Made by a program: the position numbers and the translations under genes. Positions 1 through 9,316 of a stretch of DNA of 64,000 nucleotides are shown here, in pieces. Source of the DNA: Acidimicrobiia bacterium (lineage in GTDB: Bacteria; Actinomycetota; Acidimicrobiia; Spongiisociales; ZC4RG35); the NCBI GenBank assembly GCA_965203555.1, contig CBDBCY010000004.1, forward strand, positions 608,001 through 672,000, written 5' to 3'. Within the stretch, counting starts at the first letter, position 1, and the number at the start of each line of letters is the position of its first letter. The notes beneath the pieces were generated by a model. That model saw nothing but the letters and a program-made list of their open reading frames with translations, was not told the origin of the DNA and searched no databases.

Positions 1-288
1 GGTGACCGGGCCTGTCTCACCGTCACAGAACCCGATGTCCACCCCGCCCGCTCCCACATCGTGATTGAGGGCGATCTGTCGGACCAACCGCAGCGCGCTC
101 GCCTCCGACCCGTCAGACAGCACCAACTCGCGGGCAGCTTCCGCCGCCGCGATCCTGGCGAACACGATCCGCTCCAAAAGGGGCGCGAAGGATAGCGCCA
201 GCAGAGCCAGGGGAATCAGTATCACCCCTATACCCAGCACCAACTCGATCGGCGCCGAGCCCCGCTGAGCTTTCGGTCCCTCTCTCAT
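1..288 (-). CDS. TadE/TadG-like pseudopilin (runs off the window start)
   Basis: Not in the ORF track. Translated by hand from ATG 288 (ATGA overlap with upstream gene): MREGPKAQRG|SAPIELVLGIGVILIPLALLAL...AAAEAAR, a prepilin G|xxxxE motif plus hydrophobic helix. Confidence 0.8.
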   Translation of the reverse strand, partial: MREGPKAQRGSAPIELVLGIGVILIPLALLALSFAPLLERIVFARIAAAEAARELVLSDGSEASALRLVRQIALNHDVGAGGVDIGFCDGETGPVT

Positions 289-704
289 TCCCGCTCCGAG
301 GCGGCGACGGCGGCCATCTCGAACCGGAAATCGGGAACCCCCGGCAACCAGGCGGGAAACGTCACCACCGCGCCGGCCATGGTTCGGCCGGCGCCGGTGA
401 CGCATCGATAGGACACTCCCGAACCCATCCGGCCTCCCAGCAATCCGGTCAGAACCTCGCCTACGCGGGCCTCGCACCGGGCTGCGTCGACACCGAAGCG
501 AGCCCCGTGACGGGCGCCCTCATCCAAGGCCATCCGGACCACGCCCCGGCCGTACTGGACCACCAACAGGTTGGCCAACAGGACGAAGAACAACATGGAG
601 AACCCCGCGGCCACCACAAAGTTCATGGTGGCGAATCCCCGGGAGTCCCCCATCCGCCGCCCCACGCCGCCGGGAAGCGGTTTCGAGTGCATGCGCCGGC
701 TCAC
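285..704 (-). CDS. TadE-like pseudopilin
   Basis: DSRG|FATMNF followed by a hydrophobic helix and ALDEGARHGA; lies in the tad operon; true start may be downstream of 704. Confidence 0.75.
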   Translation of the reverse strand: MSRRMHSKPLPGGVGRRMGDSRGFATMNFVVAAGFSMLFFVLLANLLVVQYGRGVVRMALDEGARHGARFGVDAARCEARVGEVLTGLLGGRMGSGVSYRCVTGAGRTMAGAVVTFPAWLPGVPDFRFEMAAVAASERE

Positions 705-722
705 CGACCGAAACCTTCTGAG

Positions 723-929
723 TTACTTGAGCCCGGAGGACAGTTGCGCGCGAATCCACCCCACGATGTCGGTGCCCAACGTTTGCAACACGGCCCAGAT
801 GGCCAGAAGCGCCACCACCGCCAGGGCGGCGTTCCCCAACAACTCAGCGGTGCTGAGACCTTCTTCCCGACGCCAGAACATCGAGACCCTTTCTCTGATG
901 AAATGATGTGCTGTGACCAGCATGTGCAT
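723..929 (-). CDS. flp: Flp family type IVb pilin
   Basis: 68 aa; EEG|LSTAE prepilin motif plus hydrophobic helix; GAAAGGAG immediately upstream of ATG 929. Confidence 0.8.
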   Translation of the reverse strand: MHMLVTAHHFIRERVSMFWRREEGLSTAELLGNAALAVVALLAIWAVLQTLGTDIVGWIRAQLSSGLK

Positions 930-952
930 TATCTCCTTTCTTGTCGTTTTCT

Positions 953-1903
953 CTATTTCCAACCGAGAATCAACTGGGGAAGCGGCGCCGCCACAAACAG
1001 CAGCATCACCGGCGCCAAGATGGCGATGGTGGGAATCAGCATGGCCGAACGTCTCTTGGTGGCGGACCGCCTGAGCGTCTCCCGGCGCGCCTGGCGGGCG
1101 TCATCAGCCAGTGCCCTGAGACCCGAGGCCAAGTCCACCCCCATCTCCTCCGACGAGGCGAGCAACTTGTAGGTCCGCGCGCAATGGGGTTCGGGGGTTA
1201 TTTCAGCCAGTCTTCGAAATGCCGCCGGGGCGCTCATCCCTGACTTGTGCATCCGAAGAGCTGTCCTCAACTCCCCGATCACCTCCCCCCTGCCGCGTTC
1301 GGTGAGTTCCCCCACCGCGTGCATGATCCCGCTTCCCGATCTCACCCGGATGGCGAGCAATTGATTGATGGTGGAAATCTCGATCTTCATGGCCGACCGG
1401 CGCTGCTCCAGGGCTCTGTCCAACCGGCCGCGTACTCGCAGAGCGCCTACCAGTCCGAGCGCGAAGGAGGAGACCAGCACCACCAGAGTGGATTGGCGAA
1501 GAACCACACTGATCCCCGCTCCCGCCCCGAGAAACATCACCGCCGCCCCCAGCAGGGCCAGACGGTAGGAGGCGACCCGGTCCCGGTCGTCGAGGCCGGG
1601 ATAGAGCCGAGCCTGGCGAAGCCGGAGCGTCAACTGGTCCTCTCCCATCCGTTCGGCAAGCCTCCCCATGGCGTGGGCCGCCGCCATGACCATGGGGCCG
1701 AACAGACGCACCGGGGCGGAGCGTGATGTCCCCACCGATGGAACGCCGGCGCCCGAACCGGCGCCCAACCTGCCACCGGCGCCGGTGTAGGGACGAACCC
1801 TCCCGCTCAGACGCTTGGGCGGCGGGAACAACCAGATCAGCACTCCCACCACCGTTATGGAAGTGAGGAACGCGGCTATCAGGTGGGCGGACGGTTCTAC
1901 CAT
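953..1903 (-). CDS. tadC: TadC-like T2SS F family membrane protein
   Basis: TM segments, T2SSF-like region, C-terminal MLIPTIAILAP; second of two T2SSF genes after tadA. Confidence 0.85.
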   Translation of the reverse strand: MVEPSAHLIAAFLTSITVVGVLIWLFPPPKRLSGRVRPYTGAGGRLGAGSGAGVPSVGTSRSAPVRLFGPMVMAAAHAMGRLAERMGEDQLTLRLRQARLYPGLDDRDRVASYRLALLGAAVMFLGAGAGISVVLRQSTLVVLVSSFALGLVGALRVRGRLDRALEQRRSAMKIEISTINQLLAIRVRSGSGIMHAVGELTERGRGEVIGELRTALRMHKSGMSAPAAFRRLAEITPEPHCARTYKLLASSEEMGVDLASGLRALADDARQARRETLRRSATKRRSAMLIPTIAILAPVMLLFVAAPLPQLILGWK

Positions 1904-2784
1904 TCGGCGTTCCTTCCACCAGCCTTGGTCAGGACCCGCGGTTCATCCTGGGGACGAGCCAGCCGAGAGATAATTGCTATTCCCAACAGTGACAGGCCGG
2001 CGCCGATCGCCACCACCAGGATCCCCGCCGGGGAGGAGTAGAAGGAACGGAAAGGGCCGGGGCGGAAGGTCAGGGCCACCAACACCAGCCAGGGCAGCAT
2101 GAACACCACCCGGGCATTGATACGCTGCTCCAGGGCCTCGGTCTGCTCCTCTTCGGTGGCGGCCAGGTCCATGGAAGTGGAGTCGGCCAGATCGCGAAGT
2201 ATCTCGGGGATCAGCGCCCCACCCCGTTCATGGGCAATCATCAACACCTCGATTACCCGGTCGCTGGTGGGGTCGGCCAGGTCCTCCTTGATTGATTCCA
2301 GGGCTGGAACCACTCCCAGAGTGCGAGCCAGCACCGGAAACCGACCGAACGCCTCCTTCAACGGCGCGGGACCCGAAAGGGCCAGATTTTCGAGCGCTCG
2401 CTGCACCGACATGCCGGAGGAAACCGCTCCGATAACGTCGCGGATCCCGTCCGGCCAAGCTTTTCTGACCTCCGAAAGCCTCCTGGTCCGCACCCGTGAG
2501 AAATAGAAACGGGGAAGCAGAGAGATCAACACCGAGGGGGGCAGCGCCACCGCCCACACTCCCGACAGCCCGAGGAGAATCACCAGCGCCGCCAGACCCA
2601 CACCTGCCGAACCCATGGTGAACTGAAACGGGGTTATGTTCAGACCGGCCTGCGCCAGCCACAGTTCCCGCCCTCCTCCGTTCCCGGCGGGCCTGGCGAA
2701 CCGCAACCGCGGACGAACCCCCATCAACGCTGCGGCGGCCAAGGACACGAAAGTCCCGCTGGCCACGGCCGCAGCCCACCTCAC
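1897..2784 (-). CDS. tadB: TadB-like T2SS F family membrane protein
   Basis: WPDGIRDVIGAVSSGMSV...LADPTSDRVIEVL...ERGG; GTG 2784 overlaps the tadA stop (GTGA), so the ORF-track start at 3171 is too far upstream. Confidence 0.85.
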   Translation of the reverse strand: MRWAAAVASGTFVSLAAAALMGVRPRLRFARPAGNGGGRELWLAQAGLNITPFQFTMGSAGVGLAALVILLGLSGVWAVALPPSVLISLLPRFYFSRVRTRRLSEVRKAWPDGIRDVIGAVSSGMSVQRALENLALSGPAPLKEAFGRFPVLARTLGVVPALESIKEDLADPTSDRVIEVLMIAHERGGALIPEILRDLADSTSMDLAATEEEQTEALEQRINARVVFMLPWLVLVALTFRPGPFRSFYSSPAGILVVAIGAGLSLLGIAIISRLARPQDEPRVLTKAGGRNAEW

Positions 2785-4070
2785 CGCGCCCCTCCCCGGG
2801 AACCCAGGATCCCCTCCATAGGCATCCCCGCCGCCCGTTCGATGCGGACGCGCAGCGCTTCGGGCAGCGAATCCCCGCTCCACGTCATGGGTTCTCCCAG
2901 CCGCGGCCGGGAGAACAGAACATGGACGGAGAAGGATCCCTCGCTGCCGGGAGTAACCGAAATGATCTCTCGCACCTGCCGCATGGGACTTTCGCCCCGG
3001 CCCTCTCCCGCGGCTTCGCGGTCCACGTGGATGATCAGGTCGATGGCAGAAACAAACACTCTCCGAACAACCGACTCGCTGACATTCTCGCCGGCCATCA
3101 ATGCGGCGCTCACCAGGGCAGCCAGCGCGTCGGCCGCCGAATTGGCGTGCACCGTGCAGGCAAACCCGCATCCGGCGTTGGCAGCGCGGGTCAACTCGAA
3201 AGCCTCGGCGCCCCTGACCTCTCCTACCACGATCAGATCGGGACGCATGGCAAGGATCGCCTTCACCAGCACTCGCAGGCTGATTTCTCCCGTACCGTCC
3301 AGTCCTGGGGGTCGCGCTTCATAAAAGGATCCGTGGACCAGCGGGATGTGCAACTCCCGGACCTCCTCGCAGCAGCGAATACAGCGGGTGGGAGGACAAG
3401 CGTCCAACAGAGCGCTCAACATGGATGTCTTCCCCGCCCCGGGCGGGCCGGAAACGACCACCCCACACTCGGTCTGCATGGCGGCGGCCAGGAAACGGGC
3501 GGCTTCCGGGGTCATGGACCCCAGTCGGACCAACGACTCCAGGTCCTGGCGGCGGAGGGCGTATCGCCGAAGGGTCACTGACAGGCGATCGGCTATGGGC
3601 GGGATGACCGCCGTGAGCCGGGCCGAATCATCCAAGACCCTGGCCTGAACGATGGGCTGGGAGGCATCCAACCGGCGATCGCTTCCCGCCAGCAAGCGAT
3701 CCACCACCTGCTGGTTCTCTTCCAGGGTGGTCGGTTCCTTGAGGCCCTGCAACCTCCCTGCACCGTCGATGAAAGTCACCCGGGGACCCTCGATGAATAC
3801 CTCCTCCACGTCGGAGCGGGCGAGTATCGAGGTGAGAGGCCCGTAGTCGGCGATGGACAGAAGGACCCGCTCGGTCATGTCGTCCGGATCCCGGAGGGCC
3901 CGGCCCAGTCCCACCTGAGTTCGACGGCAATACTCCTTTACCGCCTGCTCCACCTGCCTCCGCGCCCCCGGCCGATCCGTCTCCGGATCAATGCTCCGTT
4001 CCTCCATGAACTCCAGGGCGGTCCGGCGGATCTCCGCGTACGCCTGCCGGACGCCTTTGCGGTCATTCAC
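2781..4070 (-). CDS. tadA: TadA/CpaF secretion ATPase
   Basis: Walker A GPPGAGKT, EE Asp box, MRPDLIVVGEVRG, TVHANS. Confidence 0.93.
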   Translation of the reverse strand: MNDRKGVRQAYAEIRRTALEFMEERSIDPETDRPGARRQVEQAVKEYCRRTQVGLGRALRDPDDMTERVLLSIADYGPLTSILARSDVEEVFIEGPRVTFIDGAGRLQGLKEPTTLEENQQVVDRLLAGSDRRLDASQPIVQARVLDDSARLTAVIPPIADRLSVTLRRYALRRQDLESLVRLGSMTPEAARFLAAAMQTECGVVVSGPPGAGKTSMLSALLDACPPTRCIRCCEEVRELHIPLVHGSFYEARPPGLDGTGEISLRVLVKAILAMRPDLIVVGEVRGAEAFELTRAANAGCGFACTVHANSAADALAALVSAALMAGENVSESVVRRVFVSAIDLIIHVDREAAGEGRGESPMRQVREIISVTPGSEGSFSVHVLFSRPRLGEPMTWSGDSLPEALRVRIERAAGMPMEGILGSRGGAR

Positions 4071-5265
4071 CCCTGATCACCTCCTCCAATACCCGATCCG
4101 CCAACCGGTCACACCCTCGGCGGAACCTTCCTCTCTGCACCAAACTCCCGTTCCATGCCGCCTCCGCCACCCTGGCGTCCTCGGGGAGGAAGGCGATCCG
4201 AGCGCGGCCCACCGCCGAACCCAACTCTTCGAACAGCGCCCGCCTCACGGAGATGGAACCGGGGGTCCGGTTGACCACCACGTGGATCGAGATACCCGGG
4301 TGCCGGGACCGAATCTGGCCGATCCATTCGATCATCCTGACCATTCCCACCGGGTTGGGCAGGGCCACGCCTACCACCGCGCCGGCTGCTTCCATCACCA
4401 TATCCGACACGCTCCCGGTCACGTCCCACACGGGCTGATCGTTGGAAGCGGTGTGCCAATGTCCGAAATTGGCCACTGTCGCATCGGTGATCCTGGCGCT
4501 CTCCAGCAACACCTCCGCCACTTCTCCCCGGCGCAGACGGGTCCGATCAACGAGGTTGGGAACTCCCGGTAGGACTCGCAAAGAGCTTCCCCTCAATGTA
4601 TGCCAACAGGACTCGAGGCTGTCACTGTGGTGGTGAACCGCGTCGATGGCGGTCAGCAAATTGGGATGCAGACCCAAGCCCAGTCGCTGCGCCACAGATG
4701 GCGCCCGCTGGTCGAGATCGAGCAGTCCCACCCTTTCGAATTGCTCGGCCAATCTTGCGGCCAGGGCAATCGCCACCTCGGTGGCGCCGCATCCCCCCGG
4801 GGGAGCGCCGACCGCCACCAGGGGACGGGGGTGCTGCGCCATGTCATCCGCCGAGACGGGACTCTTTGCCTTTCCCACCCGATCCCCGTCGGTCTCCCTG
4901 CTGATCCCCAACTGCTCTACCAGCGCCAGGAATTCTTCCGGATCGGCATCGGCTTCTATCACCTCGGTAACTTCGCAGGCCAGCAGCCGGTCTTTTCCGT
5001 CGGGAAACTCAGCCGGGTTGTAGACGCCTACCACGCGGCGTCCTGCCCGGTTCAGTTTCTTCACCAGGTGTGGCGACAAGAAGGAGCAGATGTCATCAAT
5101 GAGCAGGACGTCGAAATTCTCCGAGAAAGCGTCCTCCGGCTGCATCACATACAGCCGGACTCTTGCCCCGCCATGGTCGACCAGGAATCGATGCAGATAC
5201 TCAGACCATTGCCGGGTGGAGACAGCCAACGCGATCTCTATGTCCCTCACAGCGACGTCCCTCAT
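4063..5265 (-). CDS. TadZ/CpaE-like MinD/ParA ATPase with atypical receiver domain
   Basis: N-terminal receiver-like DVLLIDD; deviant Walker A PPGGCGAT; LLDLD; lies between cpaB and tadA. Confidence 0.8.
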   Translation of the reverse strand: MRDVAVRDIEIALAVSTRQWSEYLHRFLVDHGGARVRLYVMQPEDAFSENFDVLLIDDICSFLSPHLVKKLNRAGRRVVGVYNPAEFPDGKDRLLACEVTEVIEADADPEEFLALVEQLGISRETDGDRVGKAKSPVSADDMAQHPRPLVAVGAPPGGCGATEVAIALAARLAEQFERVGLLDLDQRAPSVAQRLGLGLHPNLLTAIDAVHHHSDSLESCWHTLRGSSLRVLPGVPNLVDRTRLRRGEVAEVLLESARITDATVANFGHWHTASNDQPVWDVTGSVSDMVMEAAGAVVGVALPNPVGMVRMIEWIGQIRSRHPGISIHVVVNRTPGSISVRRALFEELGSAVGRARIAFLPEDARVAEAAWNGSLVQRGRFRRGCDRLADRVLEEVIRGE

Positions 5266-6065
5266 GGCAGCAGTCCTCCTTCGATCGGCGGGGAAACTCC
5301 CGAAGCCGGGACGCCCGGCAGGACCGGGTCATCCGCCGACAACGGTGCCGGGAGCTCACCCGAAAGAGTGCCCTCCTCCAGCAAGACTCGCACCGTCGGG
5401 GAAGAGGCGCCGGTGGACCTGAGTACCTCGACCTCGGCATTGGCCAGCGCCAGCGCCAGGATGAGGGCGGTGCGGTCGTCCACTTCCAGAACCAGAAAGA
5501 AGCTGTCGGACAGACCGAGGGCACCCTCGGACTGTCCCGGAACGTCCAGGACCGGCACTCCGGTCGCCACAAAGGACGCCTTCTCCTCATCCACCCTGAT
5601 CACATCCACCAGGTCGCCGGGGACCAGATCCCCGCCGGTGGCGTGCTCGACGTCGACGGGAAAGCTCATAGCCCGGAATCCCGATGTGGTGAGGGGTGCC
5701 CGCAGGTCTGCCTTGCTCAGCAGCGATCCTGAAGCCGTCCTGGTGGTCACTATCCATCCTCGATATTCGGCCAACTCGTTCTCCGAGATCAAACCGGAGG
5801 CGACCGGTTCCGGCACATCCATCGACACCAGTTCAATGTCGTCTGCCCGGAGGTTGCGCCCCGGCGGCAGGTCGGCCCGGCTCACCGCCATCCTGGTAAG
5901 CGGGGTCTCACCGCCGCGCAGCAGAGCCAGGTTGGCAATCAACGCCAGAACACCTGCGGCGATGATCAGCAGGTGGATGCCGGAGATGGACGGGAAACGC
6001 TTTCGGCGTCGGGTGGAGTGCCCGGTCCGACCGTGGGTTGGATTGGATGATGTCGAAGTTGTCAA
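5262..6065 (-). CDS. cpaB: CpaB/RcpC SAF-domain pilus assembly protein
   Basis: TM helix, SAF-like VSRADLPPGRNLRADD, GGDLVPGDLVDVI. Confidence 0.8.
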   Translation of the reverse strand: MTTSTSSNPTHGRTGHSTRRRKRFPSISGIHLLIIAAGVLALIANLALLRGGETPLTRMAVSRADLPPGRNLRADDIELVSMDVPEPVASGLISENELAEYRGWIVTTRTASGSLLSKADLRAPLTTSGFRAMSFPVDVEHATGGDLVPGDLVDVIRVDEEKASFVATGVPVLDVPGQSEGALGLSDSFFLVLEVDDRTALILALALANAEVEVLRSTGASSPTVRVLLEEGTLSGELPAPLSADDPVLPGVPASGVSPPIEGGLLP

Positions 6066-6116
6066 CGTCCCTCCCTTTGCCGACCGCCCCCGATCGGCGC
6101 TGTAGAAGAAGTAGGA

Positions 6117-6127
6117 TCGGTAACCGA
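6117..6127. promoter_or_regulatory. Palindrome TCGGT-A-ACCGA in the divergent tad promoter region (candidate operator)
   Basis: Seen directly, next to an AT-rich TATATATT stretch. Confidence 0.3.
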
Positions 6128-6182
6128 CTATATATTTGGAGGACTCAGGGAACGGTTATCCAGGGAGGAGTAATTTCTCAAC

Positions 6183-6782
6183 ATGACGGTTTTTTCCACT
6201 AATTCGCCCGAAAGCGAGCGTCCTGGGGATGAGCCCCTGGCAAATCTTGCCCGCTTCCTGCGCCAGGGCGTAGGCCAGGAATGGCGAGCGGAACTTGAAG
6301 CGACCGAGTTCGAGACTCACCAGCAGCGTCTTCGCTCCCGCACACTGCAGAACGTGACAAGGATGCTTCTCCACCGGGGGGACCGGCTGACAGTACAAAC
6401 CGGGAAGCTGCAAGTGAGCGGAGAGGTAGTGGGGTGCGGTGCAGATTATCTGACGCTGGGAACGGAAGGCACGCGCGTGGACGCCCGTCTGGATCGCGTC
6501 GCCATGGTGGTGACCAAACAGGTGGCGGGAGGCATGGAAACCGGGGGAGGTGCGCCTACCTGGCGAGCCCGATTCCAAGAGTTGGAACTGACCGGAGAAC
6601 CAGTGGAACTGTACGGACCCTCACTGGGCGGCTCCCGGCAGGGCAGAATCAGAGTGGTGTCCACCGACCACATCTGGCTGGTGGATCGGGCGGGTTCAGA
6701 CGTCTACCTCCCCTTCGAGGAGATAGTGGTGGTTATCACCCTCGGTCACGCCAGCCGATCATCCGCCGCGATTGTCGGCTAG
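6183..6782 (+). CDS. Hypothetical protein with two Sm/Hfq-like repeats
   Basis: AGGGAGG RBS; two similar beta-rich repeats (GDRLTV..GEVVGCGADYLTL and GEPVEL..GRIRVVSTDHIWL). Confidence 0.7.
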   Translation: MTVFSTNSPESERPGDEPLANLARFLRQGVGQEWRAELEATEFETHQQRLRSRTLQNVTRMLLHRGDRLTVQTGKLQVSGEVVGCGADYLTLGTEGTRVDARLDRVAMVVTKQVAGGMETGGGAPTWRARFQELELTGEPVELYGPSLGGSRQGRIRVVSTDHIWLVDRAGSDVYLPFEEIVVVITLGHASRSSAAIVG

Positions 6783-7015
6783 GAAGTACCACTCCGGGTT
6801 CCCTCGGGGACCACCGGATGAGCCCTTATGTAGTCGATGATCTCCGAATAGATGAAACGGTACACCCGCGATCCCGGCAACTGGTAGGCCGGCAGGCGAC
6901 CCTCCCGGGCGTATTTTCGCACCATCTGCACATTCATTTGCAACAGTTCCGCCACTTGCGCCGTGTCGATCACCGATGGATACTCGCCTTGTGTATGTTT
7001 ATGGTTTTCTACCAT
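6779..7015 (-). CDS. Excisionase/BldC-like HTH_17 DNA-binding protein
   Basis: IDTAQVAELLQMNVQMVRKYAREGRLPAYQLPGSRVYRF. Confidence 0.85.
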   Translation of the reverse strand: MVENHKHTQGEYPSVIDTAQVAELLQMNVQMVRKYAREGRLPAYQLPGSRVYRFIYSEIIDYIRAHPVVPEGTRSGTS

Positions 7016-7183
7016 TTTGTACCTCTTGTGTAGCTGTCCGAATTATCTGCAAAATGATCGGTGAACTTCAATGAGGGGCCACCGGTTTTTTTCGCGCACC
7101 ACCACACACCTTTCGAAAGTAAGAACCCTGGGCAATGCTTGCCCTTGGAGGCCCGACTCATGCGTTGCGGTCACAGGCAGGGG

Positions 7184-7256
7184 CAGCCCCGACCGGATTC
7201 GAACCGGCGTTACCGGCTTGAGAGGCCGGCGTCCTAGGCCACTAGACGACGGGGCC
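7184..7256 (-). tRNA. tRNA-Glu (CTC)
   Basis: Acceptor GGCCCCG/CGGGGCT, anticodon arm CCGGC-CTCTCAA-GCCGG, GGTTCGAATCC; CCA not encoded. Confidence 0.97.
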
Positions 7257-7281
7257 AACAAGGCCGAAGAATACTCGACCC

Positions 7282-7356
7282 TGGCTCGGGGGGAAGGACT
7301 CGAACCCTCAATAACAGGGCCAGAACCTGTCGTGTTACCAATTACACCACCCCCGA
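7282..7356 (-). tRNA. tRNA-Gln (CTG)
   Basis: TCGGGGG...ACAGG-TTCTGGC-CCTGT...GGTTCGAGTCC...CCCCCGAGCCA, CCA encoded. Confidence 0.97.
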
Positions 7357-7404
7357 GGGCGTCTCTGAGGATAGCAGCACGGCGGCAGACTCGCTCCGAG
7401 CGTT

Positions 7405-8748
7405 TCATCGGCTGCAGGCCTCCCCATCGTTGTTCCCGTCCAGCCTGTCACGGTCCGCTCCCACCACGGTCAGAGGACGATATCGGGAGGGGATATCTGC
7501 ACAGTTCACGTCGTTTTGGGTGTTGGCCAGTCCGGGTACGGCTTCGCAGGGGTCCCCGGCCGCCGATGTGTAGGGACAGGATCCGGCGGCGTTCATTGGA
7601 GCGGAGGTGGTCGCAGCGGCATCCGACGGGATAGAGACCGGGACCGTGGTGATCGTGACCGAAGAGTCGCAATAACCCAGCATCTCCTCCAAGCTTCGTA
7701 TCTCCGCCCGATCGGCGGTGAGGTTCCATGTCACTTTGACCGTTATCCAATCTGTGGCGTACCTGCACCACGCCGACCCGTTCGACGGCCTCCACTCAGC
7801 GGGGTCACGCGACCCTTTGGACCGGTTGGAGGAGGCGCTCACTGCGGTGAGCGCCTGCGGATGCTCGATGTCATTTGCGTAGCGACGCTTTTGAGACGAA
7901 CTCCACTGCCATCCACCTGAGGAATGCGCTTCGGCCAGGGGCACCATATGGTCGATGTCCAGATCGGACGGATCTGAGATCAACCTGCCGTCGTACCAGG
8001 AAAGCCAGGTTCCATCGGAGCGCCGCTCCTCATCCAGCACCGCGCATCGGGTGTTGCATCCCGAGCGGACCGTCGTCCACGATCCGTACAGATCCCGGTC
8101 GTAGGCCACTCCTCCATCACTTTCCTCCGCCCAGGCCAGCACCACCGACACTGTTTCGATCCCCTCCGTCAACTCCTCGGTCGCCGTCGACATGGTGATG
8201 GATCCAGGGGCGCCGGAGGATGCGACGCCCGACTCTTCGGGGGTGACAGCCTCCACGATCATGGTGGTGGTTGAAGGGGCGTCGGCGAGGTCGCCTTCCG
8301 ATAAGACAGCGGTAGTGCTCGTCGACGGAGACTCGCCCGCCTCGGTCGAATCCGTCGCAGTTGTCAAAGTAGTGGTGGAATCTACGTCCGGGACAGGTTC
8401 GGAGGAGGAGGTCGGACCGTCCGCCGTCGACTGTTGTCGACTCGTATCCCGAGCCTCGCCGGTCCCCGCCATGGGATCGATGACCAAAAGGTTCAACCAC
8501 AACAGTTGAAAGACAGCCGCCAGGGCCGACAGCAACAACATGGACAGACGTCTACCTCCCCTCGGAAGAGGCCGGCGGGACTTCCTCCAACACCACACCG
8601 CCGCCATGCCCGGATAGAGCAACAGAGTCATAAACCCGAAGAGGAACCAGACCAGTGCCCTGAACCACTTGTGGCGAAAGGTGGATATCCGCGCCTTTAT
8701 CCGCCTGAAAAAGGTTCCTGGGGTGAGACCCGGCTCAGAGTTCGCCAT
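7405..8748 (-). CDS. Membrane-anchored HNH (DUF1524-like) nuclease with S/T-rich linker and C-terminal Excalibur-like Ca-binding motif
   Basis: Two N-terminal TMs; DIDHMVPLAEA...NRSKGSRDPAEWRP; C-terminal NCADIP...RLDGNNDGEAC. Confidence 0.85.
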   Translation of the reverse strand: MANSEPGLTPGTFFRRIKARISTFRHKWFRALVWFLFGFMTLLLYPGMAAVWCWRKSRRPLPRGGRRLSMLLLSALAAVFQLLWLNLLVIDPMAGTGEARDTSRQQSTADGPTSSSEPVPDVDSTTTLTTATDSTEAGESPSTSTTAVLSEGDLADAPSTTTMIVEAVTPEESGVASSGAPGSITMSTATEELTEGIETVSVVLAWAEESDGGVAYDRDLYGSWTTVRSGCNTRCAVLDEERRSDGTWLSWYDGRLISDPSDLDIDHMVPLAEAHSSGGWQWSSSQKRRYANDIEHPQALTAVSASSNRSKGSRDPAEWRPSNGSAWCRYATDWITVKVTWNLTADRAEIRSLEEMLGYCDSSVTITTVPVSIPSDAAATTSAPMNAAGSCPYTSAAGDPCEAVPGLANTQNDVNCADIPSRYRPLTVVGADRDRLDGNNDGEACSR

Positions 8749-8866
8749 GGTGAAATATCAACATAGCAGGGTACAGTAATCACATCAAAGTCACTGATAG
8801 ATGGAGTGCAATATCATTTACGGTTATCAAAGGTCAACTGTTCCGCAGGCTCATAGGGTTTGCCCC

Positions 8867-9307
8867 ATGCGCGGTATATCGGTATCAATCGCGATATCCG
8901 CTCCTGTGGAAGTAGTCTGGGAACGGCTCTCCGACCTTGCCTCCCACTCGGAGTGGATGACCGATGCGGCCTCGATCCTGTTCCTAACCGATCAACGCCG
9001 CGGAGTGGGGGTGGGTATGAGAGTACCTACCCGAGTGGGGCCCCTGCGGGTTGTCGACCTCATGGAAGTGGACGAGTGGACCGAATTGCAGCGAATCGGT
9101 GTTCGACACGTCGGCCGGATCGGCGGCTGGGGACGGTTCGAATTGGCCGGTGACGGGAATGGGAGCCTCCTTACCAGAAGAGAGCAACTTCACTTTCCCT
9201 GGTACATGGGCGGAGTCTTCACCGAATGGTTTGCCCGCCCCATTCTCCGCCGAATATTTCGGGCCAATCTGGCCGGCTTCGGGCAGTGGGTGGAAAGGGA
9301 GCCTTGA
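8867..9307 (+). CDS. SRPBCC (polyketide cyclase-like) family protein
   Basis: ISAPVEVVWERLSDLASHSEWM...ANLAGF. Confidence 0.85.
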   Translation: MRGISVSIAISAPVEVVWERLSDLASHSEWMTDAASILFLTDQRRGVGVGMRVPTRVGPLRVVDLMEVDEWTELQRIGVRHVGRIGGWGRFELAGDGNGSLLTRREQLHFPWYMGGVFTEWFARPILRRIFRANLAGFGQWVEREP

Positions 9308-9316
9308 GCCCGAGGC

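Noticed and set aside
6779-7356. Prophage or ICE integrated at the tRNAs (excisionase-like gene next to tRNA-Glu)
   Set aside because: No integrase or phage genes, and I saw no duplicated tRNA 3' end in the window
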